Shown piece after piece: positions 13,079-25,875 of a stretch of 64,000 nucleotides of DNA. The notes beneath the pieces were generated by a model that was not told the origin of the DNA, searched no databases, and saw only the letters and a list, made by a program, of their open reading frames with translations. Origin of the DNA: Octopus sinensis (taxonomy: Eukaryota); contig NC_042999.1 in NCBI RefSeq assembly GCF_006345805.1, positions 46,748,001 through 46,812,000 of the forward strand, in the 5' to 3' direction. Each line of letters starts with the position of its first letter. The stretch's first letter is position 1. The translations under genes were made by a program, and so were the position numbers.

Positions 13079-15559
13079 CTAGCATTCTTTGTTTTTAAAG
13101 GTGTGGATACATGTTGGTTCTGACACGCAATACTTCATGCGGATATCGTTGTAAATAATATTTGCAATTATGTATGCATGTATGTATACCTGTATGTATG
13201 TACAGGCATGCACATACACAGCCATGCGCACATATACATTCTTACACATGTATGTACGTACATACATAAATACATACATGCGTACATATGTAATATGTAT
13301 GTAATGATTTCTTTATTCAAAAGATGTATGTATTTTAGAATATATGTACGCATGAATGTATGTATTTACGTATGTATGCATGTAAGTACGCATGTATTAT
13401 TATCCTTGTTAAAAGTGTTAATATTTGGATATAACGTTCCTCAAGAAGCGATGAATTAAATTAAAAAAGTTAAACTTGTGTAGAAAGAAATCAATTTCTG
13501 TGTTTCCCTGAACTGTGAATTATCATAGAAATTTACGTATTTAACATTTTTTTGCATAAAGAACATATTTCATCTTTATTATTTCTATTAGTACTATCTA
13601 GGATCTGTATTTATCGTTATAAGCCTTGAGGAAAATCGATTAGATATTAATCAAAATAAATCGGAACATGTGACAAACGTCTTATACACACTGATGTGCA
13701 TTCATTCTAAGTATGTAGTCCAGATGCACAGCAAATGTTGACCCTCTCTGTTTATGATTCCTGTTGATCAACCAGACCAATTCCTGCCCAGTCTTGTTTG
13801 GTATTTGACTGCATCATACCATATTGCTTCAGTAAGTTTTATGACCCGTAAAATAACTCCTTCCTTTCCATGTACGGTTGATTGTTGGCTTCTCTGTAAG
13901 CGGATCTTCAACTTCCTCAGACTTTATATTTAGTCTTGCTGGGTTTCCTGACAAAGTGCATTAAATTACATAAAGGGACGACTTCTACACCAATCGCAAC
14001 ATCTTGAAACATGTACAGGACAATGTAGCACCCGTATGAGATTGAAAGAGACCTGACCTCTGTTGCAGTAACCCTTTGTTCACAAGTAGATATTTCCTAT
14101 CATTACTGCTAGTTAAGAAACATAGATATCGTATCTAAGTAAGAAAAAAATATAAGCACAGTCACTTATAAACAAGTATAACAGGGTGGCATGTACTTTG
14201 CCGTTATTAATTATTAAGTGTCTATGTAGTTGACCCAGCGGAAAAAGCGGGCTATGACAGTCGGGAAGGGCGAGGCAGGAGATAAAAAAGGAAAGACGGA
14301 AGACTGCACCAAGTCTCGGTTGGTGTACATTTTCCAACTGAAAGGTGTGTAGCAACATGAAGCAAAATGCCTTGCTGAAGCCTTCAATGATCCTCCGAGT
14401 CCAGGAATTGAAAGCATGATGAAAACAAATGGAAAGATACCGCCTGCTCCTCCGTCACATTCTATATCTACTTATGGCTGGCAATAAAATAAATAGATCG
14501 ATTTACACAACCTATAAAACAACTTAATAACCAACAATTATATGAGGTGGAAAACAATAGTAGAATTTGAGTAAGTATTTGTGTTTATAAATATATTGTA
14601 TGCGGTGTTCATGTTTTCTTTCTTTTGCATTTATATCTTAATTTCTAATGATGTTTTTTTATGTTTATGAAGTTAATGGAGAAACTAACTGCGATATTAC
14701 ACGATACGGATAAAAGATAAAACATAAAATGGCTGACTGGTAACAAAAAGGGGATAATAATGAATAAAATGACCAGGATGGAATAAATAGGATCAGAGAA
14801 AGGGCAACATAATGGAAACGAATAAAGGCCATCAAAGGACAATACTCTAAAGATTTAATCTCAGTGTTATAACATACTCAATAAAAGTAAAATCAAATTT
14901 ATACAGAATGTACTTGAAAGTGAAAACCTTGGCGTCGTAAATGCTTACAGCCACTGCACCACTGATAACACCATTAGTATTATAAATCTCGTTATCTCTA
15001 CAAACGTAATATTATCATCCACATCATGGGATGTGTATCAAATCAATTACTTTATATTAAATAGAAAGATACATAAGCTAGAAGCCTAGACAAAAGAAAC
15101 CTGTAAACATGAAAAGGCCAGCTGAACAATTGCAATAATATTAATATATCAGTGAATACTGCATGTGATTGTTTGTTTATTTTCAGGAATTGTTATGTTT
15201 TTGAAGAGGAAGATGTAAGGATTAGTGATATCGTTAATTACATGTACACCATATAGAATAAATAAATTCATAAATATCAATCGGTTTCCAAACGATATAA
15301 TTATAGAGTGTTTAATGTTCAATCCAAAATTGCCATGTCCCTTAAAACATTTGTTCATCATTATGCGTGTGACCACTCCTCCTATGTGCATAATCCAACG
15401 AAGGAGCCTATATATATATACTTACTAATTCTGATAGACAGGAATAGCAGCCAACTATTCTCTTTTGCTAATCAAACAATATGAAAAGAAAGTCTCTACA
15501 CGTGGAGCAGTAACTTTAGTTCTTACAACGGTTGAATATATAGCTCCAGTTGATAGACA

Positions 15560-15900
15560 CACAGACAGACAGACTGATAGAAAGATAGGTAGATAAATAG
15601 ATAGATGGAGAGGGTGAAAGAGTGAGTGAGGATTGAGAGAGAGAGCAAGAGTAAGAAAGGCAGAAAGCCAGACAGCAAGCGAGAAAGGGAGAGAAAACGA
15701 AAGAATGAGTGAGAGAATGAGCAAGAGAAGGAGACAGTGACCTAGAGAAGCAGTGAAAGAGTGAGAGAGAATGAGTGGGTGAGAGACAGAGAGGGTGAAA
15801 GGCAGAGACAAGGCAGGTGAGAGAGAGAGAGAGAGAATGGTAGAATGACTGAGAGAGTGACTGAGAGAGGAACAGAGTGAGCTAGAGAAATGTAATTAGC
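15560..15900. repeat. Imperfect (GA)n purine-rich tract
   Basis: Direct reading. Confidence 0.9.
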
Positions 15901-16014
15901 AACTGGAAGAGTGACCATAGACCAGGTAAAAGAGCGTTGTTTTTAAGGTAACCTGTGCTAAAATATACTTCTCTTTTTAAATGCATTCATATGTACATGC
16001 ATGCACATATACTC

Positions 16015-16228
16015 TTTTCCTCTTTTATTTGTTTCAGTCATTTGACTGCGGCCATGTTGGAGCACCGCCTTTAGTCGAGGAAATCGACCCCAGGACTTAT
16101 TCTTTGTAAGCCTAGTACTTATTCTATCGCTATGTTTTGCCGAACCGCTAAGTTGCGGGGGACATAAACACACCAACATCAGTTGTCAAGTGATGTTGAG
16201 GGGGTGGGTGGCAAATACAGACACACAA

Positions 16229-16259
<31 letters not shown>

Positions 16260-16430
16260 CATATAGACGGCAGTCTTCTTTCAGTTTCCGTCTACCAAAT
16301 CTACTCACAAGGTTTGGTTGGCCTGAGGCTATAGTAGAAGACATTTGCCTAAGGTGCCACGCAGTGGGACTGAACCCGGAACCATGTGGTTTGTAAGCAA
16401 GCTACTTACCACACAGCTACTCCTACGCCT
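16015..16430 (-). mobile_element. SINE family A
   Basis: Reverse complement of the family A consensus, with an internal (CA)n. Confidence 0.9.
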
Positions 16431-17080
16431 TTATACACAAGTATACATACATACATGCATACATGCATACATACATACATGCATACATACATACATATTT
16501 GTGTGTGTTTATGTATGTATCTATGTATATGTTTTTGTTGGTGAGTGCATGTAGATATAAATGCAATATAAGTTAAATGTACCTACTGGAGTTTGTTGTT
16601 ATAACAACACTATGAAATATTCTTGGGAAACATAAATCTCATTTTCGTACCATATTTTCTCTATGCAAGTACACGGGTGATATAAATTGGAGTAGTCAGG
16701 AAGAACAAGTGAGACCTTCGCTAAGGTTCAGGTATAAGTAATAAGCATGAACTTTTAATGCTGGACTTCGCAGAAGAAAAGTAAACTACTTAACCTCGTT
16801 CTGCCCTAATAAATCTTAAACACAGTTGTATCTCCGAATAATTTGAGTTAACACTGTGGAGAGAAGAACAATTCTAGCCACTAATTTTATCGTAGTCGCT
16901 CTCGCTCATAGTAAAGCTATGATTTTTCAATTTTGAATCTGATCGCTGAGACTGTAAGAAAGGTTCTCGGGAAAAAACCGTTCCGAATCCAGACAATGGA
17001 GCATCAACGAGGTATTGGACATGTGCTACAAAAAGAGGTATTTAAAGAAAAATAATAACATACACGAATGCAAAATAATA

Positions 17081-17630
17081 TTGGGCTGTCCAGAAAGTTC
17101 GTGTCGATTTATAGGAGCTTACCTTTCGACTTATTTTAGAATATGGTTGAGTCCATAAAATAAGATTTGACTACACCTCCATTTAAAGCGCAGTTTAAGC
17201 TATCTTTTCGTGAAGAAGGTTTAGATTCCTATTACATGTGTTAATTCTGTAACCCTTTAAAATGGAAAATAAGAAAGTTCATTTTCGGCACTTGATGCTT
17301 TGAGAACCAGGCAAAAATTGGTGCAGCTCGGCTGTGATGTGTTACTCCACCTTCCATATTCACCAGATTTCCATTTATTCAGGTTTCTGCAGAATAGTCT
17401 TAATGGTAAGAATTTCAATTCCTTGGAAGACGTAAAAAGATACCTTGATGAATTCTTTGCCATGAAACCATCTCAATTCTGGGAAGAGGGTATTTTCAAG
17501 TTAAAGGAAAGATGGAGACGCATTGTGCAACAAAATGGTTCATATTTGGTTGATTAAAAATGTAATGGCAAGTATTTATTGACCTTTTACTTTCCTTTAA
17601 ACATCGGCACGAACTTTCCAGACAAACCAA
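17081..17630 (+). mobile_element. Internally deleted mariner (550 bp) with TIRs and TA target duplications
   Basis: TA|TTGGGCTGTCCAGAAAGTTCGTGTCGAT ... ATCGGCACGAACTTTCCAGACAAACCAA|TA. Transposase N-terminus MENKKVHFRHLML (ATG 17262) is fused to the C-terminus RTRQKLVQLGCDVLLHLPYSPDFHLFRFLQNSLNGKNF..WEEGIFKLKERWRRIVQQNGSY. Confidence 0.92.
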
Positions 17631-18036
17631 TATATTAGCACATCAATAAAGAGATAAAAAGGGAACTGAGAGAATCAAAGAAGTGTAGTTGAATAAAAAT
17701 TCTTTGCTGACAGTCATTTTAGCAGCAGCAGCAGCAGCAGCACATTGAAGGCATTTCCACCAGTAAAATACCTTCCAAAAGAAAAGTAAACGAAAGTAAA
17801 CACAATCCAACGAAAATATCGTAAAACAAATGTCTCTGAAGTAGAAATAATAGAACGGTGAAAAGAGAGGTTTTTTTTTTGTTATTTAGAACACAAGATT
17901 AAAAATAGTTAGGAGATTGAACGTCCGGGATCATACACTGAGTATGAGTATTAAATCATATAGGGAATAAAAGCTAATGTAATATCGTAGTTATATCATC
18001 CACTAGAACTCGGAGAGAAGACTACTGTATGTACTA

Positions 18037-18282
18037 TTACGAACATCTGAGGCGAAATCTGAATGATTCTTAAATGACTAATGCATTAAATTTATTTGTA
18101 GGTCATAGTACTCCACAAGAACAGGAATATCTGTCAATTACCGTATTATAAGTAATACCCTTACGAATATCTGAGACGAAGTCTGAATGATTTTTAAATG
18201 ACTGATGCATTAAATTTATTCGTAGGTCATAGTACTCCACAAGAACAGGAATATCTGTCAATTACCGTATTATAAGTAATAC
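18037..18282. repeat. Tandem duplication, 2 x ~124 bp
   Basis: TTACGAA.ATCTGAG.CGAA..GGTCATAGTACTCCACAAGAACAGG..TATAAGTAATAC at 18037 and 18161. Confidence 0.9.
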
Positions 18283-18299
18283 TTGCAAATGCAGCCAAT

Positions 18300-18590
18300 G
18301 TAATGCTCAGAGACAACCTGAACATTACATCGCTGAGACTTCAAGTAAAATATATTAGAACAGAACACGCAGGATTCTCTACACGTGAAGTGTTACTGAT
18401 TAGTTCTTCAACATCCAGAAAAAGAGAGTCATACAATGTCTTCAAAAAGTGACGTTGCCTTGTACCCCATTTGCACAAGACAGCATCGGTGTCTGTCAGG
18501 GCTACTTCAACCTGCCTCTCTTCAATTTACTGGAGATGATCATGAATGATGTCCGTGAAGAAGATGTGGACTCAACGTCAGAAGGAGGTG
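18300..18590 (+). mobile_element. RTE-like RT remnant
   Basis: SIGVCQGYFNLPLFNLLEMIMND resembles VGVRQGC.LSP.LFN..LE.IM. Confidence 0.5.
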
Positions 18591-19827
18591 CATCACAAAT
18601 CTAATATTTATTTTTGATATTTATGGGAAGAGTAAGACGGCAAGCAAAGAGTATCGTTAGCACGCCGGTTAAGAGGCGTAGAGGCTTTTCGTAGGTCCTC
18701 ACATTCTGAGTGCAAACTCTGGCAAGTCCGAGATCGCCTTTTATCCCTTAGGATTAAACAAAATAAACTATGGGCTGAGCACTGACGTCGACGTAATCGA
18801 CTTACCTTTTCTCAGAAATTACTGGCCTTGAGTTAAAATTTGAAACCGATACTTATGGCAAGAATGGAAGTCAAATCATCTCATGTAAACTCTTTGGTGG
18901 AGATGAAACCATTTTTTTTATTGGGGGTGATTAGTGCAGAAATAATCTGCTCAAACCAAATGCAAAAGCTATCAGCGCACTGACGGAAATGAGAGATAGT
19001 ACAGCAGCGCAAATACCTGGGTCATTATGAAAATTATTGAAATCATTTTAAGAAACATACAGATATCGGCATTGAGAAAATCAGACCAAATTTATGATGT
19101 CAAAACTTTTCTCGCAGAGCAATGGAAAACAGTTGCATAAATTGCTAGTCTCTGTTATTAAACATAAATCCGTGAAATAAGTTGTTTCTGCAGATAGAGA
19201 AATTAAAAATCTTCGATAGTTCGTACTTCAAATTCTTTAGCATTAGGTACTTGGGACATATAGAGTTCAAATTTTGGCACAAGGCCAGCAATTTTTGTGT
19301 GAAGGTGTGAGTCGAATATACTCAACTCAGTGCTCTACTGGTACCGATTTTATCGACTACCAAGGCTGAAAGGCAAAGTCAACCGTAGTGGTATTTCGTA
19401 CTTGTACATCATATCAAGCGCACATATTCCCCCAAATTTTTACTGTTACATTTACGACAGCATTACTTCAAAACGGTGACGAAAAGAAAGCGGAAATTTG
19501 TTTAAATATATAACAAGATACAATAGCATCGAAAATACGATTTATGCAAGATAACTGGTGACAAACTGATTGCCAAACACCTTGATCGGAGTGAAAACTT
19601 TAAATAATAGACACACGCACAGATACTTGCACAAAGATCTGCATGATGATACATGCATAATACATACATACACACACGCACACACACATACACGCACACA
19701 CGTATTTTATATACATAAATATGTGTATTTTGAGACATGTAGATAACTATGTATGTATATACGTACTACGTAAGTACGTATGTATATATGTGTATATGCA
19801 TCTATCTATTCTTCAACTGTCTTTAAT

Positions 19828-20206
19828 TCTCTAATTTGTTTGAGTCATTTGACTACGGCCATGCTGGAGCATCACCTTTAGTAGAACAAATCGACCCCAG
19901 GACTTGTTCTTTATAAGCCTAGTACTTATTGTATCGGTCTCTTTTCCCGAAACGCTTTGTTACGGGGACATGAACACACCAAGATCGGTTGTCAAGCGAT
20001 GTTGGGGCGGGAGACAAAGACATACACACACACACACATACTGCGGGCTTCTTTTAGTTTCCGCCTACCAAATCCACTCACAGGGCATTGGGCGGCCCGA
20101 GGCTATAACAGAAGACATTTACCCGAGTTGCCACGCAGTGGGACTGAACCTGGAACCATGTAGTTTGGAAGCAAGCTTCTTACCACACAACTACGCCAGC
20201 GCCTAT
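19828..20206 (-). mobile_element. SINE family A
   Basis: Reverse complement of the family A consensus. Confidence 0.88.
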
Positions 20207-20209
20207 ATG

Positions 20210-20240
<31 letters not shown>

Positions 20241-20712
20241 ATGTGTGTGTGTGTGTGTGTGTATGTGTGTGTGTATGTGTGCGTGTGTGTGTGTGTGTAT
20301 ACGCAGCAATATGTGTAAACATGTGTATATAAATCTGACGGCTTGCTTTATCATTCAAGACTTCGTAAGACAATATCCTTTTGTGTAAACTTATCAATAC
20401 CTTATATCTTGGAGCTGCAAATATTTCGAATGCGTATTTATATCGTTCTGTTTCATAAGTTATACGTCAGAGTAAACACATATATTAAGTAATCTTCTTT
20501 TTAAGATATAAATTTATGCCAACTATAATAAATGATGTTCGGTTTAGAATGGTTAACGAGCAATCATTGCCATATTTATATATTCCACTAAGACACTAGA
20601 TTATTTCTTTTTCATATGCATGATTATACGACGTCGGAATTCTGAAATGATTGTGCCAACTGTTAGAATCAAATGCCAACAAATGCCTAGCCAGAGACAA
20701 ACATCATGCTAG

Positions 20713-20743
<31 letters not shown>

Positions 20744-20839
20744 CCATGCATAGAGACACACTTGCATACGTACATATACATGCATAAATATATACATATA
20801 AAGGAAAACTTGTGTTTGATTTTATACACACTCACACAC

Positions 20840-20904
<65 letters not shown>

Positions 20905-21222
20905 GTATGTGTACATAAATGTGCAGGAGTGTTTGTAGGGTTGATAGAGAACATATTTCAAACCATTTTTTTTTTAGATATGTGCTAATATTAGCCAAAC
21001 TTTAATAAGTTTGTAAGTGAAATATTACGTACAAAGACAAATACTTATAACTGTACATATGTGCAAAAATCTTAAGATGGCATTGTATCTATGTATCAAA
21101 AGATAAACACAAGAATGTAAACACAAACGTATACATACTCTCAAATACACACTCATACACAGACATATACATAAAATTACATAATAGTTTCTCACACTTT
21201 ATATTTCCTCCTCCATCCATTT

Positions 21223-21275
<53 letters not shown>

Positions 21276-21342
21276 GTATTTATATATATAAATATATAAA
21301 CATATAAATGTACATTTATATATATATATGTTATATATGTTA

Positions 21343-21403
<61 letters not shown>

Positions 21404-21669
21404 TTACATACACAACATATCTAAGCATACAAATATCATCTAAAGGATGACATAAATAAGTATTGCGCAATCACGTTAATTAGTACAATACTGGTTCAGC
21501 TATAAGAAGCTTGCACTCAGAGAGGAGTGCTCGTGCAGTAATTTTATTTCTTCCTTGTAGCTAATTAAAGGAAGAGTATGTATACCTTTGGTTATCATTT
21601 CTTTATGTGTGTGTGTGTATGTATGTATGTATGTATGTATGTATGTATGTATGTATGTATGTATGTATG

Positions 21670-21719
<50 letters not shown>

Positions 21720-21834
21720 TATATATATATAAATATATGTATGTATTATAACAGCTTACAGAGGATACGACAAATACTGAATGTGCAAAACAGGAATGTT
21801 TCACAACTCCGTCGGGAATCTTGAAAGTAGGCGT

Positions 21835-22437
21835 ACCTAATCAGTTCTTCGGTGTCACAGCTCTACACAAAGAGATGAAAGTGATTTAATATCAGCTATT
21901 CATGAAATTAGCTTAAACCCAGCCACAGGCTCTGATGTATTCCTAGCAATCCTAGTAGAAATGTGAAGCAATGTATAATATGTCCAATCTATACGAGGAG
22001 AAACTGAGCAGATGCTAAAAATTATAGACCTATATCACTATCCTCTCACGTCAGCAAAGACATGGAACCCATTGTCCGGAGGAAAGTGGTGGCATTCTTC
22101 AAAGAAAATGAGTTTCTCCCTGACACCCAGCATGGCCTCAGCTCGAGAAGAAGCTGCCTTACAAAGCTTTTACAGCATTGTCGTTACAAGGAGTTAAAAT
22201 AACTTGTGAATGTGATATATTATGATTTTGCAAAGTCCTTTGATAATCTTGATCAGGAGATGATATATCACAAGATACGGAAACTTGGTATATCTGAAAA
22301 ACTGGGAGAGTGGTTGCATGACTTCTTAAAAACAGAAGCCAGGCCGTGACAAATATTGGATCCCTCTCCAAGGAGACAGTAACAGAGAGTATTTCAGAGA
22401 ACAATTTGGGGCCGCTGTTGTTCATGGAGGCTCTTTC

Positions 22438-22471
<34 letters not shown>

Positions 22472-22502
22472 GTATAGATATATAGGTATATACATATGTA
22501 TA

Positions 22503-22541
<39 letters not shown>

Positions 22542-23330
22542 TGAAGTAAAGGATATGAAATTTAATGCAGGTAAATTCCAAGTCCTCTGCTATCGGCTAG
22601 CTAGTGCCCATATGCCGCAACAATGGCACACTAGGAGCGGCAATCCTAGAGAGAAGCACTTCGTGATATGGGGAATGATATGAATAACAAAACCTCGTAC
22701 ATATCACCAAGATGGTGGCAAGTTCAAGTGAATAAGCGGACAGATTCTGAGAATCTTCAGAATAAGAGACCAGGAAACAATGAAGGTTACGCGGAGAGCA
22801 GTTGTACTCAGCCAGCTGGACTACTGCTCTTAGATATGGTCACCATTCAGTGTCAAATTAATAGCGGGACTTGAAGCAGTTCAGCGATGTCACATGAGGA
22901 ATATTGCATGAATGGAACAGCTGAGCTACTGGGAGAGATTGAAAGAGCTACGATTCTACTATTTGCATCGACGATGGAAGAGGTATGCAGTCACATATAT
23001 ATGGAAGATTATAGAGGGCTGGCACCAAACTTTGCCATCGAGAGTTATACCACCTGGCCGTCACTGCACTGTTCCAGATGACTCACTGATCTAATGTAGA
23101 ATGAGGACATTGTACAACTGTAGCTTGGAATTCCACTACCCACAGCTATTTAATGCCTTGACAAAATATCAGGGATCTTCAAGAAAGAAGACTAGATGTG
23201 TTTAAAAAACAACTTGACCTCCAATCCAAGGTCCCGGATGAACCTATATCACGGCAAGAAGCTCAAAAGAGGGCAAAAATATCGAACTCCCTCCTAGCTA
23301 TATGACACACAAACCTGTGTCCATTATACG
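21835..23330 (+). mobile_element. Decayed CR1/L2-group LINE ORF2 remnant
   Basis: YYDFAKSFDNLD..LGEWLHDFL, GPLLF, FNAGKFQVL, YWERLKELRFY..RRWKRYAVTYIWKIIEG. Interrupted by (TAGA)n and (TG)n. Confidence 0.8.
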
Positions 23331-23521
23331 TGTGTCACATAGCTAGTTAGAGGTGACGGCCTGTTGGAGATAATCAACGGCATCATTCGTCCTATTTTTC
23401 TGGACTGCCATGTTAGCATGGCGATAACTATTAACATCCAATACCGCTGACGTAGTCTCCTTTAGAGAAACTTACAAATATTAATATTTCTATATAGAAT
23501 ATGTATATATACATATATATA

Positions 23522-23614
<93 letters not shown>

Positions 23615-23617
<3 letters not shown>

Positions 23618-24002
23618 ACGAGCAAAACGCCCCCCGTTCAATGGACGGTGCTGAGTTGTCAAACATTTAAACCAAATTTTCTCAAAGCAACTTGTCCGAC
23701 CCCCTTTCTGAAACAATGATTGAACCTAAATTTGAGACACCATCAAAAGAAGAAATAAAGATATACTTTTTCTAGCGTACGCGCAGTATCGATCGCAACA
23801 GCTGATGTACTTGCGCGTACAAATGCACGTTCCAACGGCTTTATCGATCGAATTCTCACCCACCTGGAATCGATTTTTGTAATTTTTGCAAGATTTATAC
23901 ACTCCCTGATACCGTAGGTCTCTACATATCAGCTTAGAGCGCAATCGGATGGAGGATCCTAGAAGACACACACACAGACAAAACGGATTTTATATAATAG
24001 AT
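23615..24002 (+). mobile_element. HINE/Helitron-like non-autonomous element
   Basis: Sub-terminal hairpin CCGT-TCAATGG-ACGG near the 5' end. 3' end AATCGGATG..ACACACAGACAAAACGGATTTTATATAATAGAT. Confidence 0.45.
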
Positions 24003-24019
24003 ATATACAGGAAGAGAGA

Positions 24020-24063
<44 letters not shown>

Positions 24064-24354
24064 CATATACATGCACACTTCTTTACAAGGGTGAATCATA
24101 GATATAACAAGATATTTCCGGGGATATGAATAGTTAGCTGTATTTGCATCAATTTGTGAATATGCAAATGTCTCATACGATGCTGAGCATACATATTTGG
24201 TACTAACACGTACATATATATTTGCATATCGAAATTAATTACTACGTGAGAAAGGTTACGTATAGCCATTAATCATATGGAAGTCATATGGAAATCTAGA
24301 TCTATAATGACCTTTACATACACGCACACACATACATACAAGCACACACATATT

Positions 24355-24680
24355 GCTTTTATTTCTTTTAATTGTTTCAGTCGTTTCACTATGGCCAAGA
24401 TGGAGCACTGCCTTAAGTCGAACATATCGACCCAAATTCTTATTCTTTGTAATCCTAGTACTTATTCTATCGGTCTTGTTTGACGAACCGCTAAGTTACA
24501 GGGAACGTGAACACACCAACGTCGGTTGGGGGTCAAACACAGACACACACAAATATATACATTTGGTCGGCCCGAGGCTACAGTAGAAGACACTTGCCGA
24601 AGGTGCCACGCAATGGGACTGAACCCGGAACCATGTGGTTGGGAAGCAAACTTCTTACCACACAGCCACTACTGGACCTA
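24355..24680 (-). mobile_element. SINE family A (internal deletion)
   Basis: Reverse complement of the family A consensus. Confidence 0.85.
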
Positions 24681-24915
24681 TATATATGTATGTATATATT
24701 TTTTCATCTATTATCAGCTCACGAGCTGTGGCCACGCCATTTGGTGCTGCTACATAATTTTACTTCACAAATGCTTTTTAGCAATTGACATTTAGTGCAT
24801 GAGAGATTTTGATGCAGCTGCCATCATCTGCACCTCCTACAGCGAAGTTGGTTGGTTGGTATATATATATATATATAAGAATATAAATGAGTAACACAGA
24901 TGCACAGGTGTCAAT

Positions 24916-24999
24916 TCATTACGGCCGTTTCAAGCGGCTCCTTTAATTAATTAATAAAAGCATTATATCTATTTGAAAGAAACCGTTCTCGTCAGATGA
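24916..24999 (-). ncRNA. Minimal type I hammerhead ribozyme, canonical core
   Basis: UCAU-CUGACGA-GAACGGUUUCUUU-(31 nt loop)-AAAGGAGCCGCUU-GAAA-CGGCCG-UA/AUGA. Stem I UCAU:AUGA; 13-bp stem II with 1 mismatch and 3 G-U pairs; palindromic stem III ACGGCCGU; GUA cleavage triplet. Confidence 0.85.
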
Positions 25000-25647
25000 C
25001 CGCCTAGACTTCGAACATGATGATTTAACCGTTTTTTAGAAACATATTTACATCAATTATGGAATTCCATTGTTTCCTTTTGTCATATCCTCGGCAGGAT
25101 GAATTTAGAACGCAATGCATACCACGTCAAGCCTACACTAATTTAAAGAGTAGCAGTGGAATTAGAGAGTGTCAGGAAAAAGGAGTGATGGTATAGTTAC
25201 ATATTTAAAAGACTTAGCTGGGTTGCGTTTTCTTCACACACAGCAGGAACATCAGGTACAAGCACCTCTGCTCGGAGTCTTGATATTCAATACTTAATTA
25301 ATATTGTTTCAGTGTACAGATTATACCGATCAAGCAAAGTAACTTAATTTATGTACCTAATTCAACTGAATCTTAATGTATATATGTTTGGTGGTCCAAA
25401 TCTGATATGCAATCCATGTGGGTGTCTTTTCAAAACATTGTCTGGTTTAAAAAACCACATCAGATGCCATGATGGTTCCAAGGTATAGGTACACATGTTG
25501 GTCAAACTCTGTATAAAGAGTAGACAATCACCAAATATATATTTGTATACATACATCTATATGTCCTTATGTATAAATAAATTTATACATACATTTATAC
25601 ATATACATACGTATACATATATATGACTTATTTTTTCCTCTCACATT

Positions 25648-25699
25648 GTCTCCGATGAAGGAATATTATTAATTAATATCCTAAAAACGGGTGTAAGAC
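25648..25699 (+). ncRNA. Degenerate copy of the 28936-28989 hammerhead (probably inactive)
   Basis: GTCT-CCGATGA-AGGAATATTATTAATTAATATCCTA-AAAA-CGGGTG-TA-AGAC. G12 is lost and stem III is broken. Flanks are also homologous (25625-25750 vs 28870-29010). Confidence 0.6.
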
Positions 25700-25840
25700 C
25701 TATCTATAAATACGCTAATACCTATACAGCCTTGGTTTTTTTATCTCATTACGCAAAAGAATTTATATATATGCATATATATATATATTTACACATATGT
25801 ATATATATGTATGTGTATATATGTATATAAACACACACAA

Positions 25841-25875
<35 letters not shown>

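Noticed and set aside
14645-14842. Hydrophobic minus-strand ORF resembling a membrane-protein exon
   Set aside because: No recognisable family motif; hydrophobicity is expected from a T-rich strand.
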